Positions 13,327 through 24,481 of a stretch of 60,000 nucleotides of DNA are shown piece after piece. The position numbers were made by a program, and so were the translations under genes. This DNA is from Amphiscolops sp. MND2022 (Eukaryota). Below the pieces are notes generated by a model that was not told where the DNA came from, did not search any database, and worked only from the letters and a program-made list of their open reading frames with translations. The first letter of the stretch is position 1. Each line of letters opens with the position of its first letter. The DNA lies in NCBI GenBank assembly GCA_964187785.1, contig OZ076409.1, forward strand, positions 30,258,001-30,318,000. Direction: 5' to 3'.

Positions 13327-14766
13327 ATGTCAACAACAAGAAGCCAAAAAAGAAGGAACGATCAGCAAAGCACCAGTGAGAACGTAAGTGAAGGCTTGAT
13401 TTCACCCATAGTAGTAGGAAATCCTTGTTCTTTGAATCAGGACGATGAGGTAGCGGGGCCTTCTAAACCAAAATCCCCCCGGATTGAGAATAGTCTCTTT
13501 GAAAGCTTGAGGGCTTCCTTAAAGGAGGAAATAACGTCAAAGATTAAGAATCTTCTTATTGAATCCCAGAAGGAGATGTTGAAACTCCTTAAACCTGAAA
13601 CAAGAGGGATCATTAGAGAAAATACCGAAGAAGAGGTAGAGGAGGAAATTAGAAGTTTCTATACTCCTACAAAATCAGTGAGAATAAGTTCAACTCAAAA
13701 CGACCCGATAGCATGTCGTAACATGGTGACAGGAGTCCTAACCGATTCCACAAACCAGCCAAAAAGAACAAAAGCCAGGTCTCAGAGCCAACCGCCGTCA
13801 AAAGAACGTCCAGTAGCGGCAAGGACTTTATTTGCAACAGATAAAAACGATAGCACTACTCTGCCCAAGCCAAAAGCACTCACGGCGTCACTCCCAACCT
13901 TCAATGGGAAGTCGGAAAAATTCGAACTTTTCGAAGACCTTTTTCGCAATAATATCAAAATGTATCCACACCTTACGGATATCCAAAAAATAAACTATTT
14001 CCACTCCCTGCTCAGGGGAGATGCTTTACAAGCATTTTGTAATATCGAAGATACGAAAAAGGATTCCCTTGATGAGATCATGACGATCTTCAAACGACGC
14101 TTCGGAGATTATTTGTCCATGGCCAAGGCAAGATGCGAATGGGATGAGCTCAAATTCGACCCCTCGAACCAGAAACTCCACGAATTTCTAGATGTACTGC
14201 AAAAAACAGTCAAAGAAGCTTTTGGCTCTGAAGCCCAACAATTTATTGACAAGGCAATATATGCAAAAATGCCAGACCATGTAAAGAAAATTTTAAATAG
14301 AGCGTACCTTGAAGACAAACCCTATAACGACATCGTACTGCATCTAGAAAGGGGAATGAGACTTAACGGCCTCGGGGCGCCAGATGAAGTAAACCTGGTA
14401 CCACTAAACAAAGTAGAACCGGCCCCACCAAACACTGAGTCCAAACAGGCCGACAACACAACGCAAAACACCAAGAAAATGTATTGCTTCTACTGCAACA
14501 AATTCGGACACTACAAGGCGGAGTGTAGGAAAATGAAAAGAGATAAATGGATGCAAACCAAGAAAAACAATGGCCGACCCAGCAGCAGTTCAGGCAAACC
14601 ACTTAAATGCGATACCTGTGGAAAACCCCACAAAACAGAAAACTGTTGGAACGGAGCTAACTCGGCAAATGACCCGAGACCTAAACGACATCTCCAACAA
14701 GAAAGGAAACAAGATAACTCTGCACAACAGCAGACAAATCAAGCCGCAGATGAATCAAAAAACTAG
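13327..14766 (+). CDS. gag: Gag polyprotein
   Basis: First ATG in AAAATG context after the promoter; capsid-like LPTFNGK...INYFHSLLRGDA; zinc knuckles CFYCNKFGHYKAEC and CDTCGKPHKTENC. Confidence 0.93.
   Translation: MSTTRSQKRRNDQQSTSENVSEGLISPIVVGNPCSLNQDDEVAGPSKPKSPRIENSLFESLRASLKEEITSKIKNLLIESQKEMLKLLKPETRGIIRENTEEEVEEEIRSFYTPTKSVRISSTQNDPIACRNMVTGVLTDSTNQPKRTKARSQSQPPSKERPVAARTLFATDKNDSTTLPKPKALTASLPTFNGKSEKFELFEDLFRNNIKMYPHLTDIQKINYFHSLLRGDALQAFCNIEDTKKDSLDEIMTIFKRRFGDYLSMAKARCEWDELKFDPSNQKLHEFLDVLQKTVKEAFGSEAQQFIDKAIYAKMPDHVKKILNRAYLEDKPYNDIVLHLERGMRLNGLGAPDEVNLVPLNKVEPAPPNTESKQADNTTQNTKKMYCFYCNKFGHYKAECRKMKRDKWMQTKKNNGRPSSSSGKPLKCDTCGKPHKTENCWNGANSANDPRPKRHLQQERKQDNSAQQQTNQAADESKN
13724..13738 (+). 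promoter_or_regulatory. Primer binding site (probably tRNA-Leu type)
   Basis: TGGTGACAGGAGT immediately after the LTR CA end; complementary to a tRNA 3' end ...ACTCCTGTCACCA. Confidence 0.75.
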
Positions 14767-14812
14767 TTACGCCGCGCCTGCGATTCGCGGAAACCGTAGC
14801 CGCGAGGGCGTA
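14757..14812 (+). promoter_or_regulatory. -1 ribosomal frameshift signal (gag to pol)
   Basis: Slippery heptamer A_AAA_AAC (14757-14763) just before the gag TAG, followed by a GC-rich stem (TCGCGG...CCGCGA); the -1 frame is open and continuous into the pol ORF at 15252. Confidence 0.85.
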
Positions 14813-17800
14813 CTCATCAACAGATCCCCCCATCACCTATACAAACGACTCAACAGTAGGGTGTGATGTCACACCAACGATAGATTGGCTAAGACGACAA
14901 GCACTCGCTTCTATAAAAAGGTCATATCCACAAACCGAACAAGCAGAAACCTACACTCACGATAAAGACTACAGGGACAATCCTAAACAACAAGCAAATC
15001 GTCCTACCAACTTACCCCCCATCAACAGAGAACTCTCCGCTACAAACCAGATAGAACAAAATGAAAGCGCCTCGGACGACCGCCTATCGTCACAACAAAA
15101 TGAAAGAGATAATCACGACTCCACCAAGACATTTCTGTCCCCAGACGATTTCCCCACATCACTCAACTCAATCAAGGAGTACGTAGCCGAAAAGGATGGA
15201 GAAACATATATACCTCTCCACTCCACTATAGTCCTCAAGAACAGAAGGAGAATGCTGTACTTGCCACTAGAATTCGGTGAAATAACAATGGATGGACTTG
15301 TCGACTCAGGTGCGTTCATCAATGCCATGTCCTGGTCAGACTACAACGCAATCAAAATGAACAGTGATAGTTGTGTCATAAAAGAATACCCTCAACCTCC
15401 TTTCAAGATCGAATGCGCAAACGCCCAACTAGAGCAACCAATAGCCACAGCGGACATCCAGTTCAATATTGGAACATATACCATCACGGATACCTTCGTC
15501 ATCCTGTCGAAAACGTCATTCCCTATCATAGGATTGAACTTCATGAGAAATCACCAAGCAGTAATTGACACTGCCAACGGAACCATCAATTTCCCGCACG
15601 TCGAAATGACGCTAGCCATGACGGACGAGATGAAAAAATGCAACCCGAAACCGCTCCAAATAATGGCAGAAGGAAATCAAACCCTACCGCCCCAACGAAC
15701 AACAACAGTGAACGCAATAGTCATAACCACAAACATGCATGACGTCACTGGTGCGGTACAACCACTACCACAATTTGATGAAACAGCAACAATCATTGTT
15801 GCACCAGCTCTGGCGACAGCCCATAACAAAAGGCTCAACATCAGAATCGCCAACCTAACGGATTTCCCACATACAATAAAGAATCATACAAAGCTGGCAG
15901 AACTACAAATCCTCAAACCTGAGGACACGAAACAAATACGACCAGTTGATGCCGCCGCACTCAAATTGTTAGAAGATCCTGATGACACACACATGTACAT
16001 CAACGAACTTATGAAATCAAATGAACATGAACAAAGCGATGAAAACCTCTGGTTCCCCACACCCGAGAATCCAGGGAACGAAGAAGAACATACGCCAATC
16101 CAACGTCGGATCTTGAAGGAAATCCGCGAACTCATCCAAAAGGAAAACTTAGATCCAACCAAAGACCCAGAATCAAGACAAAAATTCCTTGACATGTTTC
16201 AGTGGGAAGGTTCTCAAATCGAAGGCAACGACAGGAAGCAACTTGAGCAAACAATAGTCGAATACAACGATATCTTTGCCCGTCATCGCCTTGATATTGG
16301 AATCAACAATAGCTTCAAAGTCAAATTAACTCCGAAAGACGAGCGCCCAATTTACACGCAAAGCCTATTGGTACCAATCAACCTGAAAGAAGATCTAACA
16401 GTTGAATTAGCACTAATGCATAGGTACGGCATAATAACGACCCTACCATTCTCAAAATATGCAAGCCCAATCTTCGCACAACGCAAACCGAATGGCAAGT
16501 TGCGACCACTCGTCGACCTACGAAAAATAAACGCATTAATCTCAGACGATTACATCAACAATAACCACCCAGTCAGCACCCTGTCAGATGCAGCTCAACA
16601 TCTAGCTGGAAAAAAATTGTTTTGCAAACTAGACTGCTCACAGGCATATCATTGTCTACAGATGGCAGACCAACGATCAATCGAAATGCTAGCCTTCAAC
16701 TTTGCAAGCAGAACGTTCGCCTACAAACGCCTAGCACAAGGACTGAGCAGAGCCCTGTCGGCATTTTCAAGTTTCATGCGAGAATACCTGGATAAAGTAA
16801 TCAAGGCCGACCAATGCGCGCAGTACGTGGACGACATCGGAATTGCAGCCAACTCTGTGACACAACTGATACGCAACATCCGAGCAGTTTTTGAATGCAT
16901 CCGAAGAGCGGGACTCAAGCTAACCATCGAAAAATGCCATTTCGGAGTAACTGAAGTCGAATTCCTTGGAAGAACGATCACACCACAAGGAATCGCTCCG
17001 CAGGATCATAAAATTCAAAAATTCTTAGCAAATGTGAGATTCCCAAAATCCAAGAAACAAGTACAAAGATACATCGGTTTTGTCAATTTTTATCGCAACT
17101 ACATCCCGAGACTGTCTGAGAAATTGCTCGGATTCAATGAACTACTGAAAGCAGACAAGCAAATCAAAATCACAGAAGAACTACTCGACCATTACAAAGC
17201 CATCAACGCAGCACTGGCGCAAGCTTGCGGTTTAGCACTCAAACAACCAATCACAGGACGACAGTACGTCCTGATGACGGACGCCAGCTTCCGAGCCTCT
17301 GGCTACGCCCTAATGATTGAGGAAGACAACGACAAAAAACTCAATTCAAAAAAGAAGACATTTGCACCAGTCGCATTCGGATCAAAGGTGTTCTCCCCGG
17401 CTCAAATCAAAATGTCAATTTACTGCAAGGAATTTCTAGCAATCTATCACGCCTTCCTTGAATACAGCCATATTCTATGGGAAACAACCCTACCAACTCT
17501 TGTGATGACCGACAACAGATCGGTAACGCGTTTCTTCCAAACATAAGCAATCCCGCCCACTCTGTGGAATGCATGTGATTACGTACTACAATTCAACTTC
17601 CACATAATGCACGTCGCGGGTACGCAAAACACGGCAGCCGATTTTCTGTCAAGAATTGATCTCAATCCCAAAGAAAGAGTTGAACTAAAAATCAGAGAGG
17701 ATATTACAATCAGGCCCATCCAAGTGAATCTCCAATCAACGGAAGTCGCGGATGAGGAACAACTTTTCTTCCTTCCGGATGAAACAATTGAAACGGAAGA

Positions 17801-19700
17801 AGAAATCCTACTGCAGAAAGAACAAGCTAGACAAAATGCACGCGACGAGGAGACGACCAAAATCAAAATAGCCATCAAAGAAACCACCCCAATCCCAATA
17901 AATAAGGCATCTTATACCTTTGGGGCAATAAAGGAAGACGCACGTATTAGAGTCGAGAAAGACTCGAACTTGGTTTTCAAAGCAATCAAAAAGAAATTGA
18001 TATGTGAAGAATACGACAAACACCTTCTACAGACCGATCCGACAGCCAAGCGCCTCCTAATCCACGAGAACAGACTAATAGTGAAAGATGGAGTACTAAT
18101 GCGCAAATATTACGGGGAATGTGGCCAAGTCACTCACCATCAAATTTTAATCCCCGAACATTTAATCACAGAACTCTTGAAAGCAATTCATGGACAAATG
18201 GGAAAGCATCCAGGAATCACAAAAATGATTCAAGAATGCCGATCAAAATACTACTACCCAGGATTAGCAAAGAAGATCAGACAGTGGGTAATGCAATGCG
18301 AAGAATGCATCAAATACAAACGAATCAACAACAGCCAAATCCGACCAAAGATGATCAACAATACGGAACACGTCCTAGGCCCAGAAGATATCCTAGAAAT
18401 TGACATATTGCCGAACTTACCAAACTCCGCAGGATATCAAAACATCGTCACGATGATTGATGTTTTTTCACGTTACCTATTTGCATACCCAACGCAGAAT
18501 AGCACAGCAAAAACAATAGGACGATGTATTGTCGACGTCATGACAAGACACGCATACTTGCCAACATTAATCTTATCAGACAAAAGCTCACAATTCCGAT
18601 CAGAAATCGTCGCAGAAATAACCCAGATACTTGAAATTCAAATCAGCCACGCATCTACGAAGCATGCACAAACAATCGGAATTCTGGAAAGAACGCACGC
18701 TTCAATCAAAACCGCCCTAAAAATATCAACGGGCGAACGACGCTCAATGTGGCACAAATATGTCCAAATCGCAGTGATGAATTACAATACAACATACCAT
18801 GAAACTCTGGGCTGCGAACCATCTACAGTATTTCACGGACGTATACCTTACAACGTTCTCGATTTAAAACTGGGCATCAAGCCAAAGTGGAAAACCACCC
18901 CCCATTCAGATGTAGCAGAACAACTCCAAAAACAAATTGACGAAGTGCGAGCGACGGCAAAGGACAACATCATGCTGTCCTATCTCAAATACAAAAAACA
19001 CTACGACCGCAAAGCAACCGCGGCTCCACTAAAAATCAACGACTACTGCTATATACTTAACCCGAAAGCCGACAATCAATCGACAAAGTTTGCGTTTCAA
19101 GATTGCATCTGGACAGGACCGTATATAGTAATCAAAGTGCTTTCAAACAACAACTACACAATACGAAAAATTGGCACAAGATATACACAAACACTACACA
19201 GAATTCGCATACGACCTTACGTGCCAGAACAGCGCTTGCCCGACGTCACAGTACGAGCCAACGACTACCTTCCTGACCCAGAAGTTAAAGTCTCACACAA
19301 TGAACGGTATGCGGTATCATGGGAAATGGATTTTGGAAAGCAGATTGACGAACACGAAACATTAAAAAGTACAGAAAACAATCAACACATAGAAAGACAA
19401 GAAGTGACAAATACGAACGACGAAGACACGACGTCTCAAATGTCAAGAAGTCAAACTGATGACACAAATAACGAGGCGCCGCCATCTCCGGATTTTTCAA
19501 ATCTTACTTCAGAAGTGGGAGATAACCCATACATACGACGCCCCCCACCCATTGAAAGTCCACCTATTCCCCCAACATCACCGCCTACAACTATCGGACA
19601 TAACCCGAGAAAAACAGCAAAGTATAACCTGAGACCTAATCCTAAGCCTAACGCAAATCCTGACTTCCGACGACTTGACGCTATAACTACAACTTACTAA
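14760..19700 (+). CDS. pol: Pol (protease, RT, RNase H, integrase) with one premature stop
   Basis: LVDSGA protease; KLDCSQAY and YVDD RT; MTDAS RNase H; HHCC plus D/D/E (EIDIL, SDKS, LERTH) integrase; single in-frame TAA at 17544-17546 separates two same-frame ORFs. Confidence 0.95.
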
Positions 19701-19961
19701 ATGAAAAGACAGTATCAGTAGTCCAAACCGAACCGGTCTGACGATTTTCAATTGTAGGCATACTACGGCCTAAACGAATATTTTTTTTTCTCTTTTTTTT
19801 CTCTATCTTTTTCTTTCCAACTACAACATTTGGAATATCATCCACGCCAGCATAATACAAAGATACAAAAGAAAGCAACACTTAATACAATCTACATTAC
19901 AACGTCACAACAAAGCAAGAGTACTACAATAAACATGGAAACTGTCTTAAAGTAAAAGTCA

Positions 19962-22900
19962 CTATTTCTTCGAGCTAGATTCACCACCTTTACTGGCAGA
20001 CTTTTTGGACTTCTTCTTGACCACGTTCACAGGCTCCGGTATGACTTCGAAACCACCACGAGAAGCATCTTTCTTTCGCCCAAGCAAAGACGCCAGGCTA
20101 CTGTGAACATGCGTCTTACTCCGTCTAAATGAACTGGTATCACTTGAACTAGGCATAGGAGGGAGAGACGCAGCTGACACAACACTATCCGACAATACTG
20201 CTGAAGATACATCGTCATCGCCACCAGAACGCAAAGCTGGATTCAAGGCATCAGGAGAGCAGGTCTGTTGTGAAACCTCACCCCTCTTCCGGTCGACCCG
20301 AGTTTTAAAAAGATCAGCATAACGCTTCACAAAAGCAGCCTGACCTTCACTGCAAATATCAGCCCAGGGATCGTAGCCAGCGTTCGACATAAAAGACTGC
20401 GAAGCATCAATTGCATCACGAACTTCTTTCATTGTAAACTTGGTAAAAAACGAACTCAGTTTAAAATCAGAAGCAGAAACACAACTTTGCACACCACTAA
20501 TACAGGAAGCTATCACCCACTCGGACACTTGACAGCTTGTCAGACCAAAATCCACAGAAGGGTAATCAACACGAGGTTTCAGCGCTACCAAACAACATAA
20601 TTTGAAGACGCGAACTAAACTCTTGCTGGACAAGAAACTGTAGTCTGATAACAGGTATTGCTGAACATCAACAACGTCCTCTGCACTGGCCCCACAATCC
20701 TCATGCCGCCTCCGCGCATCCACAACAAAGGTTGAATACTCCTCGACAGCCGTCCTCGACTCGGAAGATGACAAACAACCACTTGACTCCAGGACCCGAA
20801 CCAACTTGCTAAACAGACCCAACATGTGATGGTCATCTCCTTCTAACAATAACTCTGGACAAAATGCATAAAGTCCTTGAGAAAACTCCCCAGTCACAGG
20901 TTGTTGACCCAGAATAGCGTCCACCAGTCGGTCCATGAACTTTCGACACTGCTCGCGGAAAGTTCGCCCACTCCCGTCATTACGACCATGTAAAGTCAAC
21001 CCGAAGGAATGGTTTCGCAGGAAATCGTCAGGAGAAATGGAATCGAACTCGTCCACCTTCTCCGCATCGATATACTCCTCCCAATTGTGCAAGCCTGGGA
21101 GAGAACTGATTTTCCGGGTACGCGACAACAGGCAGTAGACAAATTGGCACACTTCCATGTAAAAATGGAAACAGTAATCCATGCGTCCGGACAGCAGCTT
21201 CTTGAAGGAACAACGATCTAAACACAAAATATTTCCACCATATGTATGAAGTCAACATACCCAAAATCCCAACCCGTCAGAACCCAGCCAATAACATAGC
21301 GAAAGCACAACAACTTACAAAGCTCCAGGATGTGTAGAAGAAGACCCAATCGTAGCTCACCCACACCATCAGAGTACACAGTCCAGTCAGTGCCTCGCAT
21401 CTTTAAAAAATCAAATATTCCCACTAAAGTTACCAACACCAAACGAGAAGAGAAAAGAGAGAAGAACACAATCAACACAAGAAAAACAACTAAATAGCCA
21501 AATACATTGCTACTACGAATACTAGGACATAACTTACCCGGCCAGCTTCAGTTTTGATATGACGAGGTGCACTATCCCTGATGAATTTCCGCACTAAAGT
21601 CCACACAGAGAGCAAATCCTTCACGACATCACATAGGTCAGAAAAGACCACTCGTCCAGCAATCACGCTCCGGCGCAGTGCTGGCAAATCGTCGAACCAC
21701 GATTCTTGTAGGGCACCACGCAAACGCAAAACCAGGAAATCAATCATGGTGGTCACTTCCAAACCACCAAACACCTCCTGATAAGCCAGGCGGAAACAAT
21801 GCACGAAGACATCCTCGTTGAAATCCCGGAACACGACAAAGCTACGACTGTCCACTCGACTATCACTCAAGACACGTAAGAGCGTAGGACTGCCCCCACG
21901 ACAAGCAAGATGCAGCTGACAAGAAGTCGTGCTGTCAACGATACGAGACAGACCAGCCAATTCTGCTTTAGGCGCATGTTGTCCAGAGGGCTCCACCCAG
22001 ACACAGACACTCATCTAACAGTGCTCGTCCCACGTCTGTACGAAACACTTATGAGTTCTCTCATCCTCCACAAAGAACACACTGTACTCACGAAATGCAG
22101 AAATCCGCGAGATGAACAAACGCAATGCCCGAGGGAAAAGCGCACGGCAAATTATCGACTAAAACACAAACCAAAATTTGCATCCCAAAAATGCCGAAAG
22201 TTACTCCCTATGACTTCTAGCAGACACCAACACAAAACAACCATATACAAATCGAAAGCGGAAAATAGAACAGCAAAATTAAGACTCACCAAGGATTCAG
22301 CAAGGCTCCAATTCAAACTGTACAGGGGATTCTCTCGGCCCAAAGTCGCTCGGAAACTCCCCCAAAGACGTCGTAAGAGAGTATAACTTCCACCCGACCG
22401 CAGCAACTCAACCAGACAATTGATCATCGTCATCAACGGGACACTCGAATTAGCTTGAGTGCATGCTGGCAACAGATCTTCCGGGAAGCTGAACCCCTCA
22501 CTTTTTCCTTTGCGAGGCCGATCACGATACTCTGACAGTTGAGCCTCAGTCAACACCATTGGGTCCATCAATCTGTTGAAAACTGGCATGTCGTTCTGCA
22601 CACGATAAGTCACGTCCAAAACCCAGTGCCGTTTACCGAAGAAGTGGCGAGCAAATTCGGCAGGGCCTCTTGACTCCATCGATACGTCTCGCTGACAGAT
22701 CATACAGTGGAACAACTTATCAGATCCAGTACTTGACCCACTGACGAAGAGCTCAAACACGGGGTGCCCCGAAACCATGTCGCGTCGCAATCGATTACGA
22801 GGACTGTAGGCTCGTTTTCGCCCTCGAGTGGCCCCCTCCAAAGTCGACTCCATTCTCTGTATCAACTCTTCGAATTCTATAATGGACAAAACGCAATTTC

Positions 22901-24023
22901 AATACAAGACAAAAACAAATAGACACTACAACATAGCACCTCCAAATAGAGAACAATTACTAACAAAAAGAGAGAAAGGAAAACAAACAAAAAGAGGAGG
23001 AAACGATTTTACCACAAAGGAAGAGAAACATTGCGGTATGAATAACCATCAAACCATACTTACTAGCTACAAATGGATCCATGGCATGTCTCTCAGCGTC
23101 TGACTCGACAACCGGTCGCCGCCCTGGAATCAGTGATAGAGTTTTACTGGTAGAAGGTTCAGCGACTTCTTCATCTCCACTGCTGCGCACATCGAACTGA
23201 ACATGTCTACCACTGCTTTCTGACGTGCCCGGACGAAGTTGCAGCAACTTTCCACTCTGCCCAAGTGACTTTTCTTTGTCGGGAGCGGCCAGTAAAGCTA
23301 ATACACAATAGCAAGCAATATTAGGCAGCACAATCAAACCGACTATGGGAAACTAACTTACATAAATAAACAACTAAAACCAACAGTCAACTCACTCACC
23401 ACGTTTGGAAGCAGGAGAACTGATTCGATTGCCGAATGACTGACTGAAACCAGGCAAGAAATCACTGAACCGTGGAGAAGACGTCTTTGCAGCAACATCA
23501 TCTCCTGGCGTCGTTTCTACCTGCTTGCTACTTCCTTGTAGGGGGGGGGACAGAATCTCACCTCCGCGAGTCTCTGAAGCCACGGAAGAACGAATCTGCT
23601 GTGCAAGAGCTCCCAAAGTCATGTCCAATTCGTCAGAATGACAAACAACAGAGTCACTAATGGCAGAATCAACTCCACCAACAAAAACCCGAGAAGGACC
23701 ACCTGGGAAAGAAATTTCCGGAGTAGTGGCGAGAACACCACCAGCAGGGGACGGAATAGTTGGGCCAGAAACTGAAATAACATTCCCCTATTGACGCGTC
23801 AGAAAATCTAAGCTGTGAAAATACGAAACAGAAAAGGTCTATCTGAGAGTAGTATTATTCATAAAAGCTTAATGGTCCGGGGAAGAATAAGCCCACCTGT
23901 TGCCTGCCGACGAATAATATCGCCATCACTCTGGTAGATGTCTCCCTCAGAGAACATGAATTGAGTTTCATTGCCGCTCTGAGCGCCGGTGTCACGACGG
24001 GACGGAGGAGGCTCCTGATCCAT
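19962..24023 (-). CDS. Spliced antisense gene, ~1092 aa, hAT-transposase-derived with zinc finger; one in-frame stop in this copy
   Basis: Exons (minus): 24023-23897, 23771-23400, 23297-23064, 22876-22290, 22158-21538, 21400-21319, 21217-19962; all six introns GT..AG and phase-compatible, total 3279 nt; CMIC-x16-H-x5-H finger; single TAG at 22015-22017; exon 1 donor (GTGGGC) is the weakest part of the model. Confidence 0.8.
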
Positions 24024-24069
24024 CTCAAAATAGCAGAAATCTGGAAAAGAGAAGATATGAAAACAACAA

Positions 24070-24400
24070 TCAAAACTGACGTCACCATAACGGTGACAAA
24101 AATGAAAGTTGGCTAATTACCAACGAAATTGACGTCGGCATAACGTCGACAAAAAGGTTATCAGGGTTAAGAAATTAATCCTATATCCTAAAATGACGTG
24201 ATCAAAACGGTGACAAATTACAAAAGTTAGCTATGCTAGCAAAAATGACGTCAGCATAACGTTGACAAGTTTGGCTAAAGGAATTATTTCAATTTCTTGT
24301 TCAATAAAAAGAGTTGTCGACATAACGTCAACAACTGCGGATCGAAAGGATTTAAAAGATTGATTAACCAATCAGAATGAAGGGATTTATCCCAACATTC
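24070..24400. promoter_or_regulatory. Putative internal bidirectional promoter with repeated palindromes
   Basis: Lies between divergent starts at 24023 (-) and 24482 (+); TGACGT-led GTCRRC-ATAAC-GKYGAC-like motifs at ~24077, 24130, 24194 (degenerate), 24246, plus a related core at 24316; CCAAT at ~24369. Confidence 0.55.
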
Positions 24401-24481
24401 TCAGCAATCCTAATTATCCGGGAAAATTCATTGTGAAACAATCAAACTCGAAAAACAGCAGCCAAGAAATTTCATCACAGA

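Larger units (their letters stand above)
11191..13723 (+). repeat. 5' LTR (2533 bp)
   Basis: Starts TGTCACAGTCC, ends GTCGTAACA; differs from the 3' LTR by roughly 15 substitutions and one 3-bp indel (counted by eye). Confidence 0.97.

Noticed and set aside
17544..17546. Programmed stop readthrough in pol
   Set aside because: Falls within the RNase H region where the related relic reads Lys (FQIK); more simply an AAA to TAA mutation
19962..24023. Nested autonomous hAT insertion
   Set aside because: No TIRs or 8-bp TSD seen, catalytic motifs appear eroded, and the upstream region shares motifs with the LTR; not fully excluded without other copies
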